Source of the DNA: Hydrurus foetidus
Taxonomy: Eukaryota
DNA length: 64,000 nt
Assembly: GCA_900617105.1 (NCBI GenBank)
Contig: UYFQ01000002.1
Span: 1 to 64,000 of the forward strand
Direction of reading: 5' to 3'
Shown here piece after piece: positions 53,091 to 64,000 of this stretch; within the stretch, counting starts at the first letter, position 1, and every line of letters begins with the position of its first letter. A program made the translations under genes and the position numbers. The notes beneath the pieces are model-generated. The model was not told the DNA's origin and searched no databases. It saw nothing but the letters and a program-made list of their open reading frames with translations.

Positions 53091-55037
53091 CTACAAATCG
53101 CTTTTCGCCGCTGTAGGAGTTGGGTCAGGGTTAATCGCCGGTGTGCCGCCACTTGGGCCGCCGGTGTTACCCGTTGCCGAGCCAACTGACGGGTTACGCG
53201 GTGTCCAGTCTTTGGGTGGGCGCGGGTCTTTGCCTGCGATGATGTCGTCAAGCTGCTCGCCGTCAATGGTTTCCCATTCAAGCAGCGCTTTGGCCATGGC
53301 GTGCATTTTGTCTTTGTTGTCTTCAATCAGCGTGCGGGCCACTTTGTATTGCTGGTCGATGATGCGGCGCACTTCGCCGTCTACTTTTTGCAGCGTGGCT
53401 TCACTCATGTTGTTGGTCTTGGTCACTGACCGGCCCAAAAACACTTCACCTTCGTTTTCAGCGTACACCATCGGGCCCAGCGCTTCGGTCATGCCGTAGC
53501 GGGTCACCATGTCACGGGCCAGGCCGGTGGCACGTTCAAAGTCGTTGCTCGCGCCAGTGGTCATTTGGTTCATGAACACCTCTTCAGCAATACGGCCACC
53601 GAACAACATGCTGATCTGGCTTAGCATGAATTCTTTGTCGTAGCTGTAGCGGTCTTGTGCGGGCAGGCTCATGGTTACGCCCAAGGCGCGGCCACGTGGA
53701 ATGATGGTGACTTTATGAACTGGGTCGCACTTGGGCAGCATTTTGCCGATCAGGGCGTGGCCTGACTCGTGGTACGCCGTGTTGCGGCGCTCTTCTTCAG
53801 GCATGACCATGCTCTTGCGCTCAGGGCCCATCAAAATCTTGTCTTTGGCTTTTTCAAAGTCTTGCATTTCAACGGTGCGGGCGTTGCGGCGCGCGGCCAT
53901 CAAGGCGGCTTCGTTGCACAGGTTGGCTAAGTCAGCACCTGACATGCCGGGCGTGCCGCGCGCAATCACCAAGGGACTAACGTCTTGGCCCAACGGTACT
54001 TTGCGCATGTGCACGTTCAAAATTTGCTCGCGGCCCCGAATGTCGGGCAGCGTGACGTACACCTGGCGGTCAAAGCGACCTGGGCGCAACAAAGCGGCGT
54101 CCAAAATATCAGGACGGTTGGTGGCGGCCACCACAATCACGCCAACGTTGGTTTCAAAGCCGTCCATTTCAACCAGCATCTGGTTCAGTGTTTGCTCACG
54201 CTCGTCATTTCCGCCGCCCAAGCCTGCGCCACGTTGGCGACCAACGGCGTCAATCTCGTCGATAAAAATAATGCAAGGTGCGTTTTTCTTGGCGTTGTCG
54301 AACATATCGCGCACGCGTGATGCGCCCACACCAACAAACATTTCAACGAAGTCTGAGCCTGAAATAGAAAAGAAAGGTACTTTTGCTTCACCGGCAATAC
54401 TTTTCGCCAGCAGTGTTTTACCCGTGCCCGGTGGGCCGACCAGCAGCAAGCCGCGCGGAATGCGCCCGCCGAGTTTTTGAAACTTGGTCGGGTCTTTCAG
54501 GAAATCCACAACTTCTTTAACTTCTTCTTTGGCTTCGTCGCAACCTGCCACGTCTGCAAAAGTGACGGGGTTGGTTGATTCATCGAGCAAGCGGGCTTTA
54601 GATTTACCGAAACTGAACGCCCCGCCCTTGCCGCCGCCCTGCATTTGCCGCATGAAGTACACCCACACGCCAATCAACAGCAACATCGGGCCCCAGCTGA
54701 CCAGCAGCGTCATGAGCAACGAGCCTTCTTCGCGGGCCTTGACGTCAAACTTCACGTCGTTGGCAATCAGGTCGCCGACCAAACCGCGGTCAAGGTAAGT
54801 TGCGGTTGTGCGAATTTTGCGGTCGTCGTTGGTGGTGGCCACAATTTCGGTGCCGCCCTGGCCTTCAGCGATGGTCGCGGTTTTAATTCGCTTGCCGCGC
54901 ACTTCTTCCAGAAAGTCTGAGTAGCCGAGGTAATTGGCGTTGGCCCCGCTGCGCGTATCAAACTGCTTGAATACGGTGAACAGCACCATGGCAATTACCA
55001 GCCAGATTGCAATTTTGGAAAACCACTGATTGTTCAA
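53091..55037 (-). CDS. ftsH: ATP-dependent zinc metalloprotease
   Basis: [24 protein letters not shown]. Confidence 0.98.
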   Translation of the reverse strand: MNNQWFSKIAIWLVIAMVLFTVFKQFDTRSGANANYLGYSDFLEEVRGKRIKTATIAEGQGGTEIVATTNDDRKIRTTATYLDRGLVGDLIANDVKFDVKAREEGSLLMTLLVSWGPMLLLIGVWVYFMRQMQGGGKGGAFSFGKSKARLLDESTNPVTFADVAGCDEAKEEVKEVVDFLKDPTKFQKLGGRIPRGLLLVGPPGTGKTLLAKSIAGEAKVPFFSISGSDFVEMFVGVGASRVRDMFDNAKKNAPCIIFIDEIDAVGRQRGAGLGGGNDEREQTLNQMLVEMDGFETNVGVIVVAATNRPDILDAALLRPGRFDRQVYVTLPDIRGREQILNVHMRKVPLGQDVSPLVIARGTPGMSGADLANLCNEAALMAARRNARTVEMQDFEKAKDKILMGPERKSMVMPEEERRNTAYHESGHALIGKMLPKCDPVHKVTIIPRGRALGVTMSLPAQDRYSYDKEFMLSQISMLFGGRIAEEVFMNQMTTGASNDFERATGLARDMVTRYGMTEALGPMVYAENEGEVFLGRSVTKTNNMSEATLQKVDGEVRRIIDQQYKVARTLIEDNKDKMHAMAKALLEWETIDGEQLDDIIAGKDPRPPKDWTPRNPSVGSATGNTGGPSGGTPAINPDPTPTAAKSDL

Positions 55038-55160
55038 GGAGGACTCCGATCAAAAAACGCAAATGCGCTTAAAGCACACATGCGATGCATTTTATGCCTT
55101 TCAAGGCCAAAAACTGTATTAATTGATGCGCACATCCCTTAGGCCGAAGCGGGTTTTACC

Positions 55161-55907
55161 CTAAGCCGCCTTGGCTGGGAATTTCTTCAGGCCCAAGCCG
55201 ACCAAAAACGTTTCAGATGACCCTGGCCGCGAAGCCTTGGGTTTAAAGCGTTTAACGGCAGTAAAGGTGTCTTTAAACAGCTTGACCATCGGGTCGTAAG
55301 CGCCGCCATGAAACAGCTTGACGACCAGCGCGCCGTCGGTTTTGAGGTGCTGAACTGAAAAATCAACCGCCAGCTCCACCAGGTCGCTGATGCGCGCGGC
55401 GTCTGCTGATTCAATGCCCGACAAGTTGGGCGCCATGTCTGACATTACCAGGTCAAGCTTTTGACCGTTGGCGCCTGACGCCCCGCCTGCGGTTAAAGCT
55501 TGCTCTACAAGTTGCAGCACCTCAAGCTCACGAAAGTCGCCTTGAATAAACACTACGCCTTCAATCGGCTCCATTGGCAGCAAGTCAAGCGCCACAATTT
55601 GGCCGTTTAACGCGCCTGCAGCCGCGCCCTGCGGCGACATTTTGCGGCGGGCATATTGGCTCCACGCGCCGGGTGTGCTGCCGAGGTCCACCACCAAACT
55701 GCCGGGTTTGATCAGCCCGAGGTTTTCGTCAATTTCTTTGAGCTTGTAGGCGGCACGGGCGCGGTAGCCTTCGCGCTGCGCCAGCTTTACAAAGGGGTCG
55801 TTGATGTGGTCGTGCAGCCACGCTTTATTGACCTTGCTGCCGCGCTTGGCGCTGTCGGCGTCGGTTTTTTTGACTTTTTCCGTGCTTTGCCGGGGATTTG
55901 ATTTCAT
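55161..55907 (-). CDS. rlmE: 23S rRNA Um2552 methyltransferase
   Basis: [24 protein letters not shown]. Confidence 0.95.
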   Translation of the reverse strand: MKSNPRQSTEKVKKTDADSAKRGSKVNKAWLHDHINDPFVKLAQREGYRARAAYKLKEIDENLGLIKPGSLVVDLGSTPGAWSQYARRKMSPQGAAAGALNGQIVALDLLPMEPIEGVVFIQGDFRELEVLQLVEQALTAGGASGANGQKLDLVMSDMAPNLSGIESADAARISDLVELAVDFSVQHLKTDGALVVKLFHGGAYDPMVKLFKDTFTAVKRFKPKASRPGSSETFLVGLGLKKFPAKAA

Positions 55908-55950
55908 CTGGCAATTGTCCACCCTGGCGTGGGTCGCCGATAATCCCCCG

Positions 55951-56427
55951 ATGCCCCAAATAATATTGACCCCTTCCCAACGCAAAGACCACCGCTCCGA
56001 GGCGCACCACTTGAACGCTGTCGTCATGATTGGCTCTGGCGGCTTGACCCCCGCTGTTCAAAAAGAAGTTGACGCCGCGCTCAATGCCCACGGCCTGATT
56101 AAGGTGCGTGCGCAAGTTGAAGACCGCGCCGCCCGCGAAGCGATTTTTCAGCAGCTTTCCACTGAATTGAACGCGGCCCCCATCCAACACATTGGCAAGC
56201 TGCTGGTGCTGTGGCGGCCCATGCCTGAAAAAGAAAAAAAGGTCAGCGATGACCGCATGGCGGGCCCGCGCGAAATCAAGGTGCTGAAAAACAGTTCTCG
56301 CTACGGCCAGCGGCCTGAAGTCAAGGTGCTGCGCGTGCTGGGCAACCAGCGCCTCACGCCGGGCGGCACGGTTAAACGAGCTAAAAAGCCGTTGCTTAAG
56401 AGTTTGAAGAAGCGTTCACAAGATTAG
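55951..56427 (+). CDS. yhbY: YhbY/CRM RNA-binding protein
   Basis: [21 protein letters not shown]. Confidence 0.9.
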   Translation: MPQIILTPSQRKDHRSEAHHLNAVVMIGSGGLTPAVQKEVDAALNAHGLIKVRAQVEDRAAREAIFQQLSTELNAAPIQHIGKLLVLWRPMPEKEKKVSDDRMAGPREIKVLKNSSRYGQRPEVKVLRVLGNQRLTPGGTVKRAKKPLLKSLKKRSQD

Positions 56428-56461
56428 TTTGAAATATTCCGGGTCGCCCGCAGGTAAAAGC

Positions 56462-58504
56462 ATGACTTCTACAAATCCCCTCTTAGATTTTTCTGACACC
56501 CCGCTGTTTGACCGCATTCAGCCCGATCACGTTAGCCCGGCCATGGATGTATTGATGGCCGAGTCGCAAGCTGCGCTAGACAAAGTAACGGCGCAAGACT
56601 TTCCCGCCGACTGGCGCAAAATTTCGGCCGAGCTAGACGTAGCGGGCGAACGGCTGGGCCGGGCTTGGGGCGCGGTGAGTCACTTAAACGCCGTTGCCGA
56701 CACGTCCGAAATGCGCGCCGCCTACAACGCCGCCCTGCCCGCCATCACTGAATTTTCAGCCCGGCTGGCGGCTGATGAACGCTTGTATGCCAAATACAAA
56801 TCCATTGACATTGCCACACTAAACGTTGAGCAGAAGCAGGCCCATAAAAACGCTTTGCGCAGCTTTGTGCTGTCGGGCGCTGAGCTGGTTGGCGACGCCA
56901 AAGCGCGCTTTGCCAAAATTCAGGAACGCCAGGCCGAACTGAGCCAAAAATTCAGCGAAAACGCACTCGATGCTACCGATGCATTCGCCTACTACGCTAC
57001 TGAAAGTAAACTTGCAGGCGTCCCTGCTGACGTGATTGACGCCGCGCGCGAGCTGGCCAAAACCGAAGGCAAAGACGGCTACAAACTCACCCTGAAAATG
57101 CCCTGCTATCTGCCCGTGATGCAATTTGCCACCAGCAGTGGCCTGCGCGAAGTTTTGTATCGCGCTTACACCACGCGAGCCAGCGACCAGGCCCCGGCTG
57201 AGTTCAGCCAATTTGACAACAGCGCCATCATTCAAGAAATTTTGGCGCTGCGCCTTGAAGAGTCAAAACTGCTGGGCTATAACAATTTTGGTGAAGTCTC
57301 GGTCGTGACCAAAATGGCCAAATCGCCAGACGAAGTCATCACCTTTTTGCGTGATTTGGCCAAGCGTGCCCGCCCTTTTGCTGAACAAGACGTGGCGGAT
57401 TTGCGGGCATTTGCAGCTGAAAGTTTAAGCATTAAAGACCCACAACCCTGGGACTTTTCGTACATCGCTGAAAAGCTAAAAGAAGCGCGCTACGCCTTCA
57501 GCGAGCAAGAAGTCAAACAATACTTCACCGCACCCAAAGTGCTGGCAGGCTTGTTCAAAATTATTGAAACGTTGTTTGAAGTAGCGATTAGCAAAGATTC
57601 AGCCCCCGTGTGGAAGCCCGGCGTTGAGTTTTTCAGAATCGAACGGGCTGGCAAGCTGATTGGCCAGTTTTATTTAGACCAGCCCGCCCGCACCGGCAAG
57701 CGCGGCGGCGCGTGGATGGACGACGTGCGCGCCCGCTGGTTGCGCCCTGACACGGGCGCGCTGCAAACACCCATTGCGCATTTGGTGTGTAACTTTGCCA
57801 GCGGTGTGGGCGGCAAGCCAGCGCTGCTTACGCACGACGACGTGACCACGCTGTTTCATGAGTTTGGCCACGGCCTGCACCACCTCTTGAGCCAAATCAA
57901 TGAGCGTGATGTGTCGGGCATCAGCGGCGTGGAATGGGACGCGGTGGAGCTGCCCAGCCAGTTTATGGAAAATTTTTGCTGGGAATGGGATGTGCTTAAA
58001 CACATGACGGCGCATGTTGATACTGGCGAGCCATTGCCACGCGCGTTGTTCGACAAAATGCTGGCCGCCAAAAACTTCCAGGCTGGTATGCAAACGCTGC
58101 GCCAGGTTGAGTTTTCGTTGTTCGACATGCTGCTGCACACAGCCCACAACCCCACCAGCGATGTGATGGCGCTGCTCAATGAAGTGCGAAAAGAAGTGGC
58201 CGTGGTGCAGTCGCCTGCCTATAGCCGCACAGCGCACACCTTTAGCCATATTTTTGCCGGCGGTTACGCTGCCGGTTACTACAGCTACAAGTGGGCTGAA
58301 GTGCTGTCGGCCGATGCTTATGCCGCGTTTGAAGAGGCGCTGGAGCAAGGCGTGCCGCAAATCGACGTTGGCAGAAAATACCGCGAAGCGATTTTGGAAG
58401 CAGGCGGCAGCCGCCCGGCAATGGCGTCGTTTAAAGCTTTCAGGGGCCGCGAGCCGACTATTGATGCGCTGCTGCGTCATCAGGGCATGGCCCAGGCGCG
58501 TTAA
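56462..58504 (+). CDS. prlC: Oligopeptidase A (M3 family)
   Basis: HEFGH, VELPSQ, GYYSYKWAE. Confidence 0.95.
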   Translation: MTSTNPLLDFSDTPLFDRIQPDHVSPAMDVLMAESQAALDKVTAQDFPADWRKISAELDVAGERLGRAWGAVSHLNAVADTSEMRAAYNAALPAITEFSARLAADERLYAKYKSIDIATLNVEQKQAHKNALRSFVLSGAELVGDAKARFAKIQERQAELSQKFSENALDATDAFAYYATESKLAGVPADVIDAARELAKTEGKDGYKLTLKMPCYLPVMQFATSSGLREVLYRAYTTRASDQAPAEFSQFDNSAIIQEILALRLEESKLLGYNNFGEVSVVTKMAKSPDEVITFLRDLAKRARPFAEQDVADLRAFAAESLSIKDPQPWDFSYIAEKLKEARYAFSEQEVKQYFTAPKVLAGLFKIIETLFEVAISKDSAPVWKPGVEFFRIERAGKLIGQFYLDQPARTGKRGGAWMDDVRARWLRPDTGALQTPIAHLVCNFASGVGGKPALLTHDDVTTLFHEFGHGLHHLLSQINERDVSGISGVEWDAVELPSQFMENFCWEWDVLKHMTAHVDTGEPLPRALFDKMLAAKNFQAGMQTLRQVEFSLFDMLLHTAHNPTSDVMALLNEVRKEVAVVQSPAYSRTAHTFSHIFAGGYAAGYYSYKWAEVLSADAYAAFEEALEQGVPQIDVGRKYREAILEAGGSRPAMASFKAFRGREPTIDALLRHQGMAQAR

Positions 58505-58562
58505 GCTTTCATCTTGTTCGTGTACCTACTGATGTCTGTGCTTGCATTTTGGAGAAAACACA

Positions 58563-59204
58563 ATGTTGAAAAAACCAACGCTATGTAAATTAATAGCGGC
58601 TTGCGCCCTGATTACTTGGGCCGCAGCCTCATTCGCCCAGCCTGTGTACCGCATTGTGGGGCCAGACGGCAAGGTTTCATTTTCAGACAAGCCGCCGGTT
58701 GAGCCGGTTGCCAAAGCGGCACCGGGCAGAGCAGCTGGCGGCGGCGCTACAGGTGGCACATCCGCCAGCGCGCTGCCGTTTGAAATGCGCCAAGTGGCCA
58801 GCAAATTCCCGGTCACGCTGTACACCGGCGACAACTGCAGCCCATGCCAGTCAGCGCGCAGCATGTTGATTACGCGAGGCGTGCCTTTTACCGAAAAAAC
58901 CGTCAACACCAACGAAGACTCGCAAGCACTGCAACGTTTAAGCGGCGACAACTCGCTGCCGTTTGGCACGATAGGTGGGCAGCAGCTAAAGGGTTATTCA
59001 GACGCCGAGTGGACGCAATACTTAACCGCGGCGGGCTACCCCACCGCGTCAACATTGCCCGCCAGCTACCGCCAGCCCGCTGCTACGCCAATGGTTGCCG
59101 TTGCAGCAGCGCCTGCCAAGCCTGCTGCTGCACAAGCACCAGCCGCCGTAGCGCCTCCACCCACAACCATCACGCCGGCCAGTCCGTCTGGTATTCGGTT
59201 CTAG
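58563..59204 (+). CDS. Secreted DUF4124 + glutaredoxin-like protein
   Basis: VYRIVGPDGKVSFSDKPP; CSPC. Confidence 0.8.
   Translation: MLKKPTLCKLIAACALITWAAASFAQPVYRIVGPDGKVSFSDKPPVEPVAKAAPGRAAGGGATGGTSASALPFEMRQVASKFPVTLYTGDNCSPCQSARSMLITRGVPFTEKTVNTNEDSQALQRLSGDNSLPFGTIGGQQLKGYSDAEWTQYLTAAGYPTASTLPASYRQPAATPMVAVAAAPAKPAAAQAPAAVAPPPTTITPASPSGIRF
58580..58623 (-). repeat. Repeat copy encoding a signal peptide core
   Basis: GCTATGTAAATTAATAGCGGCTTGCGCCCTGATTACTTGGGCCG. Confidence 0.7.
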
Positions 59205-59230
59205 GCTGATTTGCCCCTGAATTCCTGCAG

Positions 59231-59902
59231 CTAAAACTGCAAGGTTTTAACGCCAGCACTGGTCGCCAACAGGCACACGCTGGCCTTTTGAAACGCAAAC
59301 ACGCCGACCGTGACCACGCCCGGCCAATTGTTGACCATCGCTTCAAACGCCAGCGGTTCGGCAATCTTCAACCCCGTCACATCCAAAATATGCTGGCCGT
59401 TGTCCGTGACCAACGGCGCGCCCGCCTTCATTCGCAAACTAGCCGAGCCACCCAGGGCTGCAAACTGCCGCGCAATACGCTTGGCCGCCATCGGAATGAC
59501 TTCCACCGGCAGCGGAAAAGCACCAAGCGCGTTGACCAGTTTTGACTCGTCAGCAATACACACAAATTGCCTGGCTTGCGCCGCCACAATTTTCTCGCGC
59601 GTGAGGGCCGCGCCGCCGCCCTTGATCATGTAGCCCGCGTGGTCAATCTCGTCTGCGCCGTCGATGTACACCGCCAGCTCGTCAACCTCCGTTGCATCAA
59701 AAACCGTAATGCCGAGCGCTTGCAAGCGTTCAGTAGACGCAACCGAGCTGGACACCGCGCCTTTAATTTGGCTTTTCATGGTGCCCAGCGCATCAATGAA
59801 CTTGTTGACGGTGGAGCCTGTGCCCACGCCCACAACGCTGCCGGGTTGCACATAGGCCAGCGCGGCTTGGCCGACCAGGGTTTTAAGTTCGTCTTGAGTC
59901 AT
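59231..59902 (-). CDS. rpiA: Ribose-5-phosphate isomerase A
   Basis: [23 protein letters not shown]. Confidence 0.97.
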   Translation of the reverse strand: MTQDELKTLVGQAALAYVQPGSVVGVGTGSTVNKFIDALGTMKSQIKGAVSSSVASTERLQALGITVFDATEVDELAVYIDGADEIDHAGYMIKGGGAALTREKIVAAQARQFVCIADESKLVNALGAFPLPVEVIPMAAKRIARQFAALGGSASLRMKAGAPLVTDNGQHILDVTGLKIAEPLAFEAMVNNWPGVVTVGVFAFQKASVCLLATSAGVKTLQF

Positions 59903-59975
59903 GGTGGGGATAATTAAAACTGGAATTGAGTTTGCGACAATAACGCAAGTTGAAATACACAAAGCAAATTATCCA

Positions 59976-61031
59976 ATGGCATTGATCCCTTACGCGCTGA
60001 CCCGCCCCTTTTTATTCAGCCTCGACCCCGAAACCGCCCACGAGCTGACCATGGCCAGCCTCGCGCGTACGCAGGGCACGCCCTTGTCGCTGGCGTATTG
60101 CGGCACGCGGGTAGACGACCCGATTGAATTGGCTGGCTTGCGGTTTGCCAACCGCGTGGGCCTGGCCGCTGGTCTCGATAAAAACGCGCACTGCATTGAC
60201 GGCCTGGCCGGTATGGGCTTTGGCTTTGTAGAAGTGGGCACGGTAACGCCCAAGGCGCAAAGCGGCAACCCCAAGCCGCGCATGTTTCGCTTACCCGAGG
60301 CGAATGCGCTGATTAACCGGCTGGGTTTTAACAACGACGGGCTGGATGCATTTGTTGCAAATGTGCAGAAGTCAAAAGTCAGGCAAAGTAAAGTAAAAAA
60401 CCCGTTAATACTGGGCTTGAACATCGGCAAAAACGCCACCACGCCGATTGAAAACGCGGTCGATGATTATTTGATTTGCCTGAACGGCGTGTACCCGCAT
60501 GCTGACTACGTGACGGTCAATATTTCTAGCCCCAACACCAAAAACCTGCGCGCGCTGCAAAGCGATGAAGCCCTTGACGCGCTGCTGAGCGCCATTTCCA
60601 AGCGGCGGGGCAAACTAGACAAACAGCACGGCAAGCGCGTGCCGATCTTCGTCAAAATCGCGCCGGATTTAGACGCAGCGCAAGTCGAGGTGATTGCCGC
60701 CACTTTAAAGCGCCACGAAATGGACGGCGTGGTGGCCACCAACACCACGTTGGCCCGCGACGCCGTAAAGGGCATGCGCCATGCTGAAGAAGCTGGCGGG
60801 CTGAGTGGCGGGCCCGTACTTAGAGCAAGCAACCTCGTTATCAGCCAGCTTCGGGCAGCGTTGGGCAAGAGCTTTCCCATCATTGGCGTAGGCGGCATCA
60901 TGAGCGGTGCAGACGCGGTGTCAAAAATCACCGCTGGGGCAGATGTAGTGCAAATCTACACTGGGTTGATCTACAAAGGCCCCGAGCTGGTTTCGCAGGC
61001 TGCAAAGGCCATAAAAGCATGCGCCAAGTGA
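59976..61031 (+). CDS. pyrD: Dihydroorotate dehydrogenase (quinone)
   Basis: [24 protein letters not shown]. Confidence 0.97.
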   Translation: MALIPYALTRPFLFSLDPETAHELTMASLARTQGTPLSLAYCGTRVDDPIELAGLRFANRVGLAAGLDKNAHCIDGLAGMGFGFVEVGTVTPKAQSGNPKPRMFRLPEANALINRLGFNNDGLDAFVANVQKSKVRQSKVKNPLILGLNIGKNATTPIENAVDDYLICLNGVYPHADYVTVNISSPNTKNLRALQSDEALDALLSAISKRRGKLDKQHGKRVPIFVKIAPDLDAAQVEVIAATLKRHEMDGVVATNTTLARDAVKGMRHAEEAGGLSGGPVLRASNLVISQLRAALGKSFPIIGVGGIMSGADAVSKITAGADVVQIYTGLIYKGPELVSQAAKAIKACAK

Positions 61032-61055
61032 TTAATTCAGCATTAAACCGCAGTC

Positions 61056-61098
61056 TAGCCCAATAAATACGGGCGCGAGTAGCTCTTTAATTTATAGC
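61056..61098 (+). repeat. 43-bp repeat copy
   Basis: TAGCCCAATAAATACGGGCGCGAGTAGCTCTTTAATTTATAGC. Confidence 0.9.
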
Positions 61099-61204
61099 GC
61101 TTATTGGTTCCGCCAGACTGGATTAAGCGCCGCCACAGCGTCCACAGCAGGTACGATTTGAGTGCCTGCTTTCAATTCTGGCCGCTACTGCCGATGCAAC
61201 CGTC

Positions 61205-64000
<2,796 letters not shown>

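Overview
Chromosomal window from a betaproteobacterium; gene content and order suggest Comamonadaceae, Polaromonas-like (inference). The backbone is housekeeping: aat-bpt, pbpG, leuA with a Leu attenuator, pssA, ilvIHC, ECF sigma cluster, dgkA, glnB, nadE, phoX, chrA pair, rlmB, tesA, selU, metC, glmM, folP, ftsH, rlmE, prlC, rpiA, pyrD, a TonB receptor and partial fadH. There are two accessory regions. (1) 1-7300, next to the 3' end of tRNA-Asn: a tightly coupled four-gene candidate defence operon (PRTase-like protein, ORC/CDC6-like ATPase, a 303-aa putative tandem CARF/Rossmann-like protein split by an IS3 element with a TTA target duplication, and an N6-adenine MTase), followed by HigBA. 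(2) About 39.9-48.5 kb: cassette-like small genes with decayed attC-like sites, decayed and intact toxin-antitoxin modules, a HEPN protein and an ars operon. A 43-bp dispersed palindromic repeat occurs about 20 times. It is mostly intergenic, but several copies are translated inside proteins (NadE, an aquaporin, two signal peptides, two C-termini). All calls are by eye; no searches were run.
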